Shown: positions 46,569 through 58,806 of the stretch, in pieces
How the letters are laid out: each line of letters begins with the position of its first letter
How positions within the stretch are numbered: the first letter of the stretch is position 1
NCBI GenBank assembly: GCA_963833425.1
Contig: CAWHXP010000003.1
Coordinates: 96,001-160,000 of the forward strand
Direction of reading: 5' to 3'
DNA length: 64,000 nucleotides
From: an uncultured Methanosarcinaceae archaeon
GTDB taxonomy: Archaea > Halobacteriota > Methanosarcinia > Methanosarcinales > Methanosarcinaceae
Position numbers and translations under genes: made by a program
The notes under the pieces: generated by a model
What the model saw: only the letters and a program-made list of their open reading frames with translations
What the model was told of the DNA's origin: nothing
The model's database searches: none

Positions 46569-48704
46569 TCAAACATTCAAGATTTTCAACATTTCATCAA
46601 CTTCGGTGGTTGGAAGCTGACATTCATAGTCCCTGCATACGTATGCAGTAGCTTTTCCCTCAATTAGCACCTGCATTTTAGTATATGCCGCCAGAGTTGT
46701 AATTTCTGGATCCATTCCCTCTGGTCTGAAAACTAACACCTTGTTAGGGATGAAATGGGTCCAAAGCTCTTTAATCATGCGTCTCGTATCAGCAGCCTCA
46801 TGCTTTCCAACAATTACCACTTCATATGCAGGGCCTATCCTGAAGTCGAGAGCTGACAGGAACTGGGTATACCCAGATGATGTTTTTCGTATCAATTTTG
46901 AAAACGCGCATTCTAACCCATCAGCTGTATTTTTCAGTTCAAGATCAGCAATTATTCTGGAAAGCCTTAGAAGATTTGACATTTCTACTGAATTCCCCGA
47001 TGGTAGAGCCGTGTCAGCAAATTCTTTTGTTCTGAAGATGAGTGATTCGCTATCATCAGCAGTAAAGAAGAATCCACCATGTACACGATCCCAGAAATGC
47101 TCTATGAGTTCCCTATTTAGACAAATGGCTGCTTTAAGATAGCGCAGTTTGAATCCGGCCTCATAGAGGTCAAGAAGTCCATGAATAAGGAATGAATAGT
47201 CATCTACAGTTCCAGAAATGCCGGTTTCTCCATCCCTATAACGGTGAAACAATCTTTTGCCAGGATTATAAAGGGTTTTGAGAATAAAATCAGCGGCTTT
47301 CTCAGCAACCTTCAAATACTTTTTCTCACCAAAAGTCTGGAAACCCTTTGCAAGAGCTGCTATCATAAGCCCGTTCCAATCAGTAAGGATCTTATCATCT
47401 CTTGAAGGTCTTTTTCGTTTATTTCGGGCTTCCAAAAGTTTTTCTTTAGCTAATTTTACCCGCCGCTCGATTTCATCTGTCGAAATTTGGAGTTCGGCAG
47501 CGAGGACGTCAAAAGGTTGGGTCATATAAAGAATATTGTTGCCAGTCTTTTTATCACTAAATTCTTCTTCAAAGTTACCTCCTTCTTTCAAATTGAACAC
47601 TTTGTTGATTAGTTCGGATTCCTCAATATCAAGGATACTTGTTATCTCTTCTAACGTCCATAGATAATAAATTCCTTCTTCTCCTTCAACATCTGCATCT
47701 TCACCACAGTAAAACCCACCTTCAATGGACGTCAGGTCTCCTAGCACGTAATCCATTGTTCTCAGTGCTGTTTCCTTATAAATTTCTTTTCTGGTAACCT
47801 GATAGGCTTCTGTATATGCAACAGCAATAAGAGCCTGATCATATAACATTTTTTCAAAATGGGGGACAATCCACATATTGTCTGTTGAGTAACGATGGAA
47901 ACCCGACCCCAAATGATCCTGGATACCTCCTCGGTACATGTTATCCAGAGTAAATTCCACCATGTTTAGGGCTTCAGGGTTTCCACTGCGTCTCCAGTAT
48001 CGGAGTAAAAAGAATATTTTGTGCGGAGTCGGAAATTTAGGTGCCCTTCCAAAGCTCCCGTATTTACTGTCAAACGATCTCAGCAGTTCGTCGTAAGCCT
48101 TGTCCATTATTGCTTCCCCGAGTTTCACTCCTGAAGACTCTGGGATCATACTCTGCGCCCCGATTTCCTCTCCTGAAGACTCTGAGATCATATTCTGTAT
48201 GGTTAAAGTGATCTTTTCAGCCGAATCAATCACCTCTTTATTCTGCTTGTTCCAAATCTCCTCTATCTTAGGCACGAGCTCTAGCATCCCTATCTGACCT
48301 AAACGGGATTTTTTGGGGATATAAGTTCCTGCAAAGAAAGGCTTCATTTTCGGGGTCACAATTACACTAAGTGGCCAGCCTCCTCTTCCAAGGAAAATCT
48401 GACAAATTGTCATGTATAAGTTATCGATATCTGGTCTCTCTTCTCTATCTACTTTTATGCAAACAAAAGCCCTGTTCATAAGTTCTGCTACTTCTTCATC
48501 TTCGAAAGACTCATGTGCCATTACATGACACCAGTGACATGTAGAGTAACCAATTGAAAGAAAAATGGGTTTATTTTCTTTCATGGCTTTTTCAAAAGCT
48601 TCTTCTCCCCAAGGATACCAATATACAGGATTATATGCATGCTGTAGAAGGTATGGACTCTTTTCTTTGATCAAACGGTTAGTTTTTTTATTTTCTGTTC
48701 CCAA
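46569..48704 (-). CDS. YyaL/SSP411 thioredoxin-domain protein (DUF255 + alpha/alpha toroid)
   Basis: [59 protein letters not shown]. Confidence 0.92.
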   Translation of the reverse strand: MGTENKKTNRLIKEKSPYLLQHAYNPVYWYPWGEEAFEKAMKENKPIFLSIGYSTCHWCHVMAHESFEDEEVAELMNRAFVCIKVDREERPDIDNLYMTICQIFLGRGGWPLSVIVTPKMKPFFAGTYIPKKSRLGQIGMLELVPKIEEIWNKQNKEVIDSAEKITLTIQNMISESSGEEIGAQSMIPESSGVKLGEAIMDKAYDELLRSFDSKYGSFGRAPKFPTPHKIFFLLRYWRRSGNPEALNMVEFTLDNMYRGGIQDHLGSGFHRYSTDNMWIVPHFEKMLYDQALIAVAYTEAYQVTRKEIYKETALRTMDYVLGDLTSIEGGFYCGEDADVEGEEGIYYLWTLEEITSILDIEESELINKVFNLKEGGNFEEEFSDKKTGNNILYMTQPFDVLAAELQISTDEIERRVKLAKEKLLEARNKRKRPSRDDKILTDWNGLMIAALAKGFQTFGEKKYLKVAEKAADFILKTLYNPGKRLFHRYRDGETGISGTVDDYSFLIHGLLDLYEAGFKLRYLKAAICLNRELIEHFWDRVHGGFFFTADDSESLIFRTKEFADTALPSGNSVEMSNLLRLSRIIADLELKNTADGLECAFSKLIRKTSSGYTQFLSALDFRIGPAYEVVIVGKHEAADTRRMIKELWTHFIPNKVLVFRPEGMDPEITTLAAYTKMQVLIEGKATAYVCRDYECQLPTTEVDEMLKILNV

Positions 48705-48896
48705 TAAAATCCCTTCGGTTCTATTTCAGGGTTATATTCCTCGCGAGGTATACACTCTACCTACCAAGACTTCACGTTATTAAAACACTCTTGGACATTT
48801 TAATTCCTACTAGCCTAAACCAGCGATACTGCAGAATATTAACTTTAAACAACTGTCAAAATTCTTTAGCGATTCTTTGCTGAAACTAAAATTATA

Positions 48897-48981
48897 GAGG
48901 ATTTTGATCTTTCTAAGTTTCTTCATAAGTTTATAAGGTATACAAATAACTCGTGAAAATCAGAGATTTATCTAAGTTCTT
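48897..48981. mobile_element. ~85-bp MITE copy
   Basis: GAGGATTTTGAT ... TACAAATAACTCGTGAAAATCAGAGATTTATCTAAGTTCTT. Confidence 0.6.
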
Positions 48982-49152
48982 TAGAATAACTTCTCATAAT
49001 TTCTGGAGAGTTTGCATAACAAAAAACAGATACGTCCAAATTTTCCCATGTTCGATGATCCTACCTTAAATATCGATATAGCGGCAACTAAGTTGTTTTC
49101 TCCAGTCCTTTTAAAATTTTGAGAAACAATTTTGGGACTAAAATTAATCGGA

Positions 49153-49240
49153 AAGTATTTCGATAAACCTCTGATCTTCACGAGTTATTTGTATAGCTTT
49201 TATGAGCATACATCAAATTTGGGGATTCATCTTAATCCTC
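49153..49240. mobile_element. 88-bp MITE copy, opposite orientation to 48897
   Basis: AAGTATTTCGATAAACCTCTGATCTTCACGAGTTATTTGTA ... CTTAATCCTC. Confidence 0.65.
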
Positions 49241-49599
49241 TTTCAGCAACAATATGCACTTATTCTCTTTATTATTTTAAATTAATGATAGAAATAATAG
49301 TTTTGGAATAAAACTTACTTTCACATGAAATATTTTAAAATCAAACAACAATTTAATATTAAATACTTATTATGAAAGTTTTTGAATAATTAATTAAAAA
49401 TAAATCCAATGGTTAGTTTACATTGTAGCCTAAAGCGAATAAATAAGAGTGAAGTCTGATTATCGATGTGTGAATAAACAGGATACACGCTCTAAGAAAA
49501 TACCTCTAAAAATCCGTCAGTAAAATTCTCGGCCACTTTTTCAGGCTCTAGTCCTATTAATCGATGCTAAAAGGCTGTATATCTGAATGTGATTTTGCC

Positions 49600-49944
49600 A
49601 GTTTTAGGATAAGCTCGATATCTAGTTTGCTAGGATAAGTTAATGTTTCGATGAGTTCATCGAAAATGATATCAGCACGATAAAAATCTGTAACGCAATA
49701 GAACATAAAAGCAGGAGGTAAAAAAGATTACTTTCAGGGCTTAAGAAGAATAAGCCCAAATGCGATTCGTCCAGCATATCGAAAGATATATCAAGCCAGT
49801 GGTGTCCTTTCAATAGATTCTTGATTTCTTGGCGCTCGAGGTCGAAGCCGTGGTACCAAGGACAATATGATCACCACCGGGATATCTCGTCCTGCTGAAG
49901 TGGTCATTAATTTCTTTGAGTAGTGTCCTTGCATCTACAGTCAT
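49600..49944 (-). pseudogene. DUF6714-like (putative immunity) gene relic
   Basis: MTVDARTLLKEINDHFSRTRYPG.. / LERQEIKNLLKGHHW..LFFLSPE / FYL(P)AFMFYCVTD across two frameshifts. The 3' end is not defined. Confidence 0.5.
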
Positions 49945-49960
49945 TTTATTTACCTTGCTC

Positions 49961-50131
49961 TCATGGGACAGGTACGAAATCTCGTAGAGGGAAGAGTCGA
50001 CTACCTTCTGGAATAATCAAATAAAAAACCAGTGCCGCACTTGGGAGACCCGTGAGCTCTGCCATTCTATCCATGAAGCTTTTGTCTGTGATAGGCTTTT
50101 TTATCTGCTCAGCTTCAGATGTATGATCCAA
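49961..50131 (-). pseudogene. Orphan C-terminal tip resembling polymorphic (RHS-type) toxin ends
   Basis: ...FMDRMAELTGLPSAALVFYLIIPEGSRLFPLRDFVPVP*, truncated upstream by an IS5 relic. Confidence 0.45.
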
Positions 50132-50164
50132 CAATAAAAGGCAGTAAAGAACCTCATATGGAAA

Positions 50165-50470
50165 TAGGTGATTTATTAAGAAACAAGAGTATCAGCTCAA
50201 AAAAAAGAGATTCAAAGCAGGAAAAATTCTTGTTACTAAACCCAAAAGTGAATTTGAAAATTTTGTGTTACAGCGTTATGTTATAATCCACATCATTTAA
50301 TGACTTTGGGAATAATAAAAGTATTTGAATTTAAGGAAGCTATCTATAAAATCAAAGAATAATGAACCAGAAAAGAAAAAAGGATCAAAATACAGAAATT
50401 AAAGAGAAAGATATGGGCAGGATTCCCTTGGGAAAAAACAAAGGGAAATCAGAATTTTCAGATATCTTCC
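50165..50470 (+). mobile_element. IS5 3'-end relic
   Basis: Diverged homology to 41225-41553 (AGAAACAAGAGTATCAGCTC, TTCAAAGCAGGA, GGAAGCTATCTATAAAATCAAAGAAT). Confidence 0.6.
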
Positions 50471-50560
50471 AACTGACTTTTGGCAAGCTAAAAGTTATCT
50501 TAAGTCGACTTTATTTCTAAGATTTTTGAGAGCAATGACCATGAGTCCCAAGCACCTTTT

Positions 50561-51916
50561 TTATCTTCTATCAACAAGCCTTTTAGGTCTACCCTTAATT
50601 TTGTTCAAATCGAGCCCTTTTGGAACTTGAAAATTAAATAAAATCTTGAAAGTACCTGCTTCGTAAGCTCTGAAAAGTGGAGAGTGAGACCTGAGGAAAG
50701 TACGAATAAAGTTTTCTTTTATAAGATCTCTGTCACAGGTATCGGGATTTTCACATTCCATGCTGACTCTCAGTATAGTTTCTCCATCTTCTTCTCCATA
50801 AAGAAAAGCCTCGTATTCTCCAGTTATATAATTCATGTTTTCACGCTGGAATATGCCCCTTTCTACATCAACGCGGTTAAAAGGAGTACCCTCAACCCAA
50901 ACAGTTTCTGCCTCACGTTGTGGGGTCATGATTTTCATATGAGTTCTCCCGCATGGACATTTTTTACGAGTAAGCACTAAAGTGGTATCCTCAGTATCAT
51001 AATTTAGCAGAATATTTCCTGTTCTTGCTCCAGTAGGCAAAAGTTTACTAAGGACTATTCTTCCACATTCTCCATCAGGTATGAAATTTTCGATGTGGGG
51101 CTCGTAAACGTCGATGTGGACAAAATCTTCTGGCACATGCAGGCCAGAAATCTCATTACACTCCCCACACATTGTTCCTTCTGTGCTCCCATAAATATTG
51201 TACACAGGGCAATTCCAAATTTCGGAAAGATAGTTTCTCGATTCATCAGCAAAAGCTTCCCCTCCCACAACCAATTTATCTACACCTGATTCTTGTGGAT
51301 CAATGCCTTCTGCCTGCATCCTTTTAGCGAGGTTAAGAAGTTTGAATACGCTACCCACTATACCTGTCGGCTTATAAATTTCAATGATACGAAGAGGAAA
51401 AGTACATTTGCCCTCAGGGATGATGGTCATTCCAAGCTGCTTGGCTGCAAGGGTCATTGTATTAGCTCCCACATTCATCCCGTAAGAAGTACAAACAACA
51501 ACTCTGTCCCCATGCCCGAAGCCCTGCGACATGAAAATACGAGAGTATTTTTCTGCATAGTTTACCCAGTCTTCCCATGTAAGGAAAAAGCTTTTCGGAG
51601 TTCCGCTAGTGCCACTGGTTTCATGGATCGTGAAAACATCTTCCCATTCAACACTCCGAAACATAAATTCAAGAGTCTTAGGTGGCTGGTTTTCTTGGAT
51701 AGTTTTCCCGGAGATCACTGGAAGATCCCGAAGATCTTCATGAGTCTTAATTTCAATAGGATTTATTCCATGCTTTTCAAACCATTTTCTGTAAAAAGGA
51801 GAATTTTCTATCGCATATCTTATGGTGTACTTCACACGTTCATCTATGAGTGCGTCAAGTTCACCTCTGTCCAATGTTTCAATTTCCGTGTTGAAATAAG
51901 ATCTTGAGATATCCAT
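50561..51916 (-). CDS. ftsA: Coenzyme F390 synthetase (phenylacetate-CoA ligase family)
   Basis: HETSGTSGTPK, YGMNVGA, YGSTEG, LLNYDTED, CPCGRT, KGRPKRLVDRR. Confidence 0.85.
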   Translation of the reverse strand: MDISRSYFNTEIETLDRGELDALIDERVKYTIRYAIENSPFYRKWFEKHGINPIEIKTHEDLRDLPVISGKTIQENQPPKTLEFMFRSVEWEDVFTIHETSGTSGTPKSFFLTWEDWVNYAEKYSRIFMSQGFGHGDRVVVCTSYGMNVGANTMTLAAKQLGMTIIPEGKCTFPLRIIEIYKPTGIVGSVFKLLNLAKRMQAEGIDPQESGVDKLVVGGEAFADESRNYLSEIWNCPVYNIYGSTEGTMCGECNEISGLHVPEDFVHIDVYEPHIENFIPDGECGRIVLSKLLPTGARTGNILLNYDTEDTTLVLTRKKCPCGRTHMKIMTPQREAETVWVEGTPFNRVDVERGIFQRENMNYITGEYEAFLYGEEDGETILRVSMECENPDTCDRDLIKENFIRTFLRSHSPLFRAYEAGTFKILFNFQVPKGLDLNKIKGRPKRLVDRR

Positions 51917-53933
51917 TACTAGAACACCATCGCAGAAAATTTAGCTGAATCAATAGCCTTGTTGTTTATTGACGTCGGGTCATAAAACGATTAATAATTA
52001 TGTCCATACCTAAATAAACTCAGTCGATAATTATTGAATGCTCACCTCCATCGATACCACTAATTTCTTGTGGAGCTAGCCCCAGGCTCAAAGCCGATCG
52101 TTCTTGCTGTGCACTTTTAGCACTTTTCTGTGCCATGAAATCAGAGGGTGCCGTTGTCATTCGCACATTGGAACTTGTCTGTGAAGAACCCTGTGCTATC
52201 TCGAAGTGATTGTATAAACAATCATCTCCATAGCAGAAATCCGGCTATTTAAAGAACAAAGAAATAAAAACTTTTTTTATTGGCCTTGCACAACAATCCT
52301 CATTTTTAAGATTTAAGATGAACTTAGGAACATCTAAGTACTATAATCTTCAGATTTAATAAAATTTAATAGAATCTTTGGAAAAATATGTGCCTTTGAT
52401 CATTGAACTTAGCATTTGAGAGATCAACGATAAGCCTGTTACAGGAAAGAAGTATATTCAGATATTTGAGATACAATAAGTATTGAAACCGGCTATAAAG
52501 TCTCTTTTGAAGAAGAGTGTCGTCCAATAAACTACCCTAAATACCTATATTGTTTACAATTTTAGTTAATTATTACTTGAAAATTAAATAATATCTGATT
52601 AGTAAGATAATAATTATATATTTATTCTGTGACTTTGTAAGACAGCAAGTAGAATATATCCATTCAATATCTCTCTGAATTATGAATTTCTGTTTGACAG
52701 TATGTAATTGGTTAAATCTGGTTACGGTTTATGATGATAAAACTATAGGATCGATTTCATTTTTATCTCCAGGTAAGCGAAAACTCAAAGGAATCTTCTC
52801 TTTTACCTAATATCAGCCATGCTTGATTAAAGTTTCACCATCTTTTAACTTGTCCATGCATTTGAAAGAGATTCAGCTTGCTTCAAAAGTGAATATTTCT
52901 GAGCCCATAGCCTATCCAAAAAGTCACTTAATAGCATGGTGTAAAGTATTTAGACAGAGGAATAGGAAAGTTCTAGATAAATGTATGAGCTCATTAGAAG
53001 CTCACAGTGAGACTTAAATCATAAAATTAATAGGTTATTCATTAACTTATTAAAAATTATGCCTTAGATGAATTATAAGATTATATTTTTATAATTTTTA
53101 CACTATAAAGCATTTTCAAAATACCAAAGATGAAATTTTTTGGATTCCAAGAGTAGTATTCTTGAGTCAGAAGAATTTGATCCTATTTATGAGACTTGTT
53201 TAATAGACAAACTTAGATAAAATTCTAAAAGTATTTTATGCATTAAAAGTTGGTTTTTGAAATTCGTCGGGACGAGTCAAGAAAAAAGCACTATAAAAAT
53301 TTATCTAACAACGTAAAATTGCAGTGTAACTGACTAATCAGTCAATTATAGAGATAATGCATGAAAGAAATCCATGCCATTATAAAAGCCAGCTTTATTC
53401 TTTTTGAACGTTTCTATTATTACATATTAGCTAAATAAGAGTCTGCCATAAAGCTGGTCAACAAAAAAGCTAGTTTATCCCCTGGAAGCCGGTATAAGAT
53501 GCAAATTTTTTTACACTTATTGTATCAAGTTTTATTTTTTAGGAATTCGCGCTCTAATTCTTCATTACATTCAAAGCGTATCTTTCCATAGGCATTATTA
53601 ATCAAGTAGAATCCGAACCAACCTAAACCCACTAAAACAAAACTAAATATAAAGAGCAGATAAAGCTGGATAACCATCCATTCTTTGTGAATTACCAACT
53701 GCTCTCTTATGGAAATCAAAGTTTGTATAATAACTATAGAAGATACCACACAAGAAGCAAAAAAATCTAAACAACGTTGAGAAATGATATCTACTTAGAA
53801 CTATTAATCGAAAAAGATAAATAAGGTAAACTGGAAAGTTTCTGGCAATTTCTTGCTTTTACAAAATGAGGCTAAATTTAAAAAATAAACTTGAAAAAAG
53901 TAGTATTTGTTAGGACTATTAATAATTTTTAAG

Positions 53934-54005
53934 TGGACCGGTCGGGAATTGAACCCGAGGCCTCTACCATGCCAAGGTAGCGATCTTCCCCTGATCTACC
54001 GGCCC
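53934..54005 (-). tRNA. tRNA-Ala(GGC)
   Basis: GGGCCGG acceptor stem, anticodon arm CTACC-TTGGCAT-GGTAG, T loop GGTTCAATTCC. TATA box about 40 bp upstream. Confidence 0.95.
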
Positions 54006-54170
54006 TTGTTAGTTTGTGCTTGTCAGCACATAAACTCAGTATCGTATATAAAACTGTCGCCATTCAGGCTTAGCGTTCTTAAAACTAATTATGTGCAGTT
54101 CGCCTGATGCAAGCAATGGAGTTTACTACTCCTCGTGATACAAAAAAATGATTTAAAATCAAATATAATA

Positions 54171-54915
54171 GAGGATCCAGATTTACCTATATTTTTTTTC
54201 TTCGCAGAAATCCTGTCCATCTCTTTCGCGCTAATTTCCGCATTTTACCCGATTTTTTTCGGGTCCATTATTCTTTGATTTTAAAGATAGCTTCCACATC
54301 CTTAGAATACTCTTTTATTACCAAAGTAATTAAACTATAGAGATTATAACGAAAAGCTGTACACAACATCTTCAGCCTCACTCTTTGAAAAGTCGTGACA
54401 TCAATTTATCGGGCTCTGAGTACTTTTTAGTTACTGCATAAACTCATTTCCTGAGAGCTTTTTTTGGACTGATCCCCTTGTTTCTTAATATATACTTCTT
54501 TCATGGATGACTTTCTAGGGGCTTATCTGCTTTTGCTTGTTGAATCTGACGAATAAAAATAGAATCCTTAATCATTTCTTTTTTATTTTCAAAACCAAGG
54601 ATATCAAGCTGGTTTTATAATTGTTTCAACATTTTGTCTTCATTGCAGTTATCAATAATTCTTTTCATCAATGTCCAGACTGTGGTATGTCTGGCATGTA
54701 CTACAAGAAAACTAAAAGATTTCCTGAAAGAAATTCGATAATACATTATTTCTCAATTTCAAAGCCTTAAAGACCATTTCATTGCTGTAAAATCAGCATT
54801 TTAAACATAATGATTATGTTAGCTTAAGTTATGCCTTTTGAAACTGTTTTGTTAAAAAATATGAACTCAAAATGATACGAAAAGATTTTCAATCAATTAA
54901 GAATCAATTTTCTCA
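54171..54915 (-). mobile_element. Old, highly degraded IS5 relic
   Basis: Reverse-strand similarity to the IS5 copies (ATTCTTTGATTTTAAAGATAGCTTCC, TTCCTGAAAGAAATTCGAT, TTTCAATCAATTAAG). Confidence 0.6.
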
Positions 54916-55698
54916 ACTACTAGCACAGTATCATATCCGATCTGGAGATCCTTGCAGGAGATTTTTAAGGAGTCTTGTTATCTCATTGTGGTATCTAGGG
55001 TGGCTATTTTTATGTTATACCAAAGGCGGAAAGGTGCACTGGGCCCGCACCAAGTACATAAAGCAATTTATAACGTATAGTCAAATGAGAATATTCCTGT
55101 AGGAAGATGTTAACTCGGCTTCGAGTTTGAGGCGATCTATAAGCCGGATTTTGCTAATGTCAAGGCCTCACCTGGAATAGCAAGCTCTTTATAGATGTAA
55201 CGTTAGTCAATCAACTGGATGTATCTATGACGAGTACGTTTTCATTTGGACTAATCGAGATCACCTTTTGCACCCCTCATGGAGCACCAGTTATACCTAA
55301 TTATCAGCCTCCCTTTGAGTTTACAGGCAATATCATATCCATAGAGCGACCTTGGACGTGAGTGGCCAGCTGATATAAGACGAGGAAGCCAAGATGCGCA
55401 TTTTCAGGCCGACAGTAAGATTGAAAAGTCATATTGATGTCTTTGAATGGCTATCCTAAAACAGACATAATGTCTCGATAGCCAGCGTGAAGGCAACTAA
55501 CAGTTTAATAAATAAACTTCAGAGAAGCGAATTGATACTTCAGAGAATGCACAAGCTCGGGAAGTCATCATTTAACTGATACTTGCGATTCCAATTCTTT
55601 GTTGCAATGAACTTAAGATATGCTGGATACTAATCCTGATAGGAAGTAAAGATGGCACAAAATGATCATGAGACATTGAATTTGGAGGAGCGTCAACA

Positions 55699-56035
55699 GT
55701 GAACCGGGAGAGCCCAGCAAGACCCCATCTCGCAAATGAGAGAACGTTTCTCGCCTGGCTTCGGACTGGAATTTCCTTAATCGTCCTTGGCCTGGCAGCA
55801 GCCAAATTCCTAGACGTAGTCATACGCGGACTGCCCCTTGTACGGGTATATCGATCGTCATGGTTGTAACGGGAATCTAGATGGCAGTGACGGTGCTAGG
55901 CGGTATATTCGCTATTCAAAGCAAATCGAAGCGGGAGAATTCATAGTCACCACCCAAAGCGCTGAGGTCGTAGCAAGACTAGTGGTTCTACTGGGACTAA
56001 TGTCGATCGTTTTCATCCTGTTGCTCCGTCGGTAA
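55699..56035 (+). pseudogene. DUF202 (YidH) inner-membrane protein relic
   Basis: SD GGAGG then [25 protein letters not shown], followed by frameshifts. Confidence 0.75.
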
Positions 56036-56416
56036 TATGACCTAATTTTCACACCATTATCAACAGGCTCTCTACCTTTATAAAGTGGGAAACGCCAGCT
56101 ATAGCTATCTGGATATTTGGTAGTGCCTCCATAGGTGACCGTGGAACCAAGGCTAATGCTTATGAAATTATTAGTTCAAGCAGCAGCTGAGATTCCATTA
56201 TTCATCATCAAGCAGAAAGGTAACGAACTTGTAATTGAGAGAGCAAAAAATACCTTAAATCGTCCAGAATTGTTCATTTTTGGACTTACTAATCTAAACT
56301 AAGGCATATATATAGGAAAAACGATGGATATGCTAAAAATATATTAAAGCAAGTTTGAAACGAGTTCAATGATTAAAATGAGGGTTAATGCAGCTCCCAT
56401 ATCTCGATCTTTTTGC

Positions 56417-57855
56417 CTACACTACTTTCTGTACTTTTGGAATTTGATAAGTTCCATTTAATACCTTGGGACCTGGTTTATATATTCTCAATATCATATA
56501 AAAATCTCCATTTGGTGTTGGCAACCAATTTGATTCCTTTCCCACAGGCGCATTCTGCTGGATATAGATGCCCAGGGAACCGTCTGCGTTGTACATAAGT
56601 CCGGTTGTCTGATCGCCGAGAGAGAATGATTGATAGAATTTGGTACGAACAATAGTGTAGTCGCATTGTACATGCTCAATGACCAGAAGGCATCCGCAGG
56701 CGGCATATTCTCCTTATCAAAGTGCACTACGTACTTGTTGGTACCGTTAAGGGGTTGTCCGTCTATACTAGTCTGTGCCTTTGCGTAGATCGCTTCTTCA
56801 GGAACATTAGCTCCAAATACACCTTCAGTAACAGTTGTAAGTAGCAGATAATCATATCCATATGCGCCCCAGTTGGTATTATACGCCCAACCATTGATGT
56901 AGAACCCTTTAATGTCATTCCAAGAGCTCTTCACGATCTGATCGCCGTCCTTGATAGCCCGAGAAAGCCCATTAGCGATAGCTGGATCTAAATTTGTTCC
57001 ATAGAACGTTTCGTTCTTACTTAAGCCGATTCTGTTGAAGACTGCCATGAGAGCTGCTTCTTCTACAGTCGAGGGGTTATTCTTCAAAGCGACTCGAAGT
57101 TCTTCGAAGAATCTCAAGTTATTCTGTGCATTAGGTGAAGTTTCAGCTTTCTTAAAGTCGGTAAGCATTTCATTTTTCACTTCGATCGCTGGTTTCCCAT
57201 ACTGGCTTAGTGGTGTGAGAGTGAACTGTCTCTGTAGCTCCAACACGTTTGGCAGATCCGACTCCCCTTTAACCAGGATCCTGCCAATAATCCATACTGA
57301 ATTGGTCGGCGACTTTATCATCTGGAGTCCTGTGGGCAGGCTGCCACTCCAGTCAGGTCCTACAATGGCAAAATTGCCTTCTCCAGTGCCGGTGGTCCGC
57401 CGACCCATACTGTTGAAAGTATTCGTGTACGCGTCAAGCATCTGCTGTACATAGTAACGCCCATTTGTGTCCGGTACGTGTAGCACTATAGGCTCCTTCC
57501 CCAGTTCGAGCCATGCATTATTGTAAAGCGTATCTGCGTTAGGTGTAACGATATCTGTGAAGTTGGCAGTGAGAAGGTGTGTCAAGTAGCCCATCTTATT
57601 TATCGGAACGTATCCCATGCCTGGTGTTGTTACAGAGAGATTTTCAGCCTTTTGCATCATTACTGGAGCAAGACCGTAGATGTAAGCTTGGACGCCGATA
57701 GTATACGCATCGTTCTCACGGGCTTTGTAGTCCCCATCCGTCGTACTGATGGCATTGGTTAACGGTATTATCGACAGCAGAATAAGCAATGCGCACATAA
57801 AAATGTTTAGTGCCACTTTTGGTTCACTAAGGCTAATTTGTAGTCTTTCTGACAT
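56417..57855 (-). pseudogene. Secreted DUF1254/DUF1214 protein with a late frameshift
   Basis: VTPNADTLY, GRYYVQQMLDAYTN, FWSLSMY. The C-terminus SLGD...NADGSL..NWLP...LRIYKP lies in a second frame (shift near 56625) and ends at TAG 56417. Confidence 0.85.
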
Positions 57856-58400
57856 ATCTATTACCTTCCAATCTTGAATGTGCCAAAATAAATTATGTGA
57901 ACTTTTTTGGCTATAGATGCCTACAGCCTAATAAACAGTATGCTTAAACGAACTGGGAAACTCCAGGCTATAGCTGAACATAATATATTGTTATTTTGAT
58001 TTAATAATAAGAAAAATAATTTCCGAATAAAATACTATATACCAGTCTTCAATCTTTTTGATCTGTTCACTTCAAATTACATATACCCTACAAGACTCAA
58101 GAAAACATCTCAAAATAGCCTGAAAATGATTCATCTTTGATTTAACTAGTCTAAACTCCACTTCATGCCTAAGTAAATTAAAGGTTATGTGGAATCTTAG
58201 TTAGGTAAAAATATATGGAATCGATGTGCAATTTCGTTGGCCAGTAGCAACGCAAATAAATGTTGTAATCGAGCTTATTTATCATATTTTACATAAAATA
58301 TACGCACATAAAAATTGAAATTTGTGCATAAAGTCAAATTGGCATATTCACATAAATACATAAAATGCTTAATAATATCACCAAATATGTGGTGATCATT

Positions 58401-58793
58401 GTGGTTCAACAAGAAATCGAAATCAAAAATTCAAAAGAAAACTGGAATTATTACGATTTAGATGATGGGACTGTTCTAAAAATAAAAACTATTTTAATAT
58501 CAGTGTACGATGCTGGAAAAGATCCACAAGGAAATCCTGCAATCAATTTGCAAACAGCTAACGTTATAGGAGCTACACCACAAACATATCCCTTTGAACC
58601 ATGTGATTAAAAAAAGGATTTACAATTTAAAGAAAAACGCGATAATCCTTGGAATGAATATACGTTGGATAATGATTATGTTTTGATGTTAAAACCAACT
58701 ATCACGCAAGTAGATCGAACGGGAAATCATGATTTACGTGGCATTCCGTTATATATGATACAATCTCAAGTCACAGCAAAAATAAAAACTTGA
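58401..58793 (+). pseudogene. Two-repeat small beta protein with an in-frame TAA (58608-58610)
   Basis: ENWNYYDLDDGTVLKIK...DPQGNP and NPWNEYTLDNDYVLMLK...DLRGIP are in one frame, separated by a single TAA. Confidence 0.6.
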
Positions 58794-58806
58794 TCTAGGT
58801 GAAAGT

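Noticed and set aside
53525..53749. Hydrophobic 74-aa ORF downstream of tRNA-Ala
   Set aside because: It could be a membrane-protein fragment, but there is no recognisable family or clear start signal.
189..57762. Many 60-200 aa ORFs antisense to or overlapping well-supported genes (e.g. 8722-9186, 46741-47142, 51293-51907, 57035-57454)
   Set aside because: Shadow frames of real genes with no motifs of their own.
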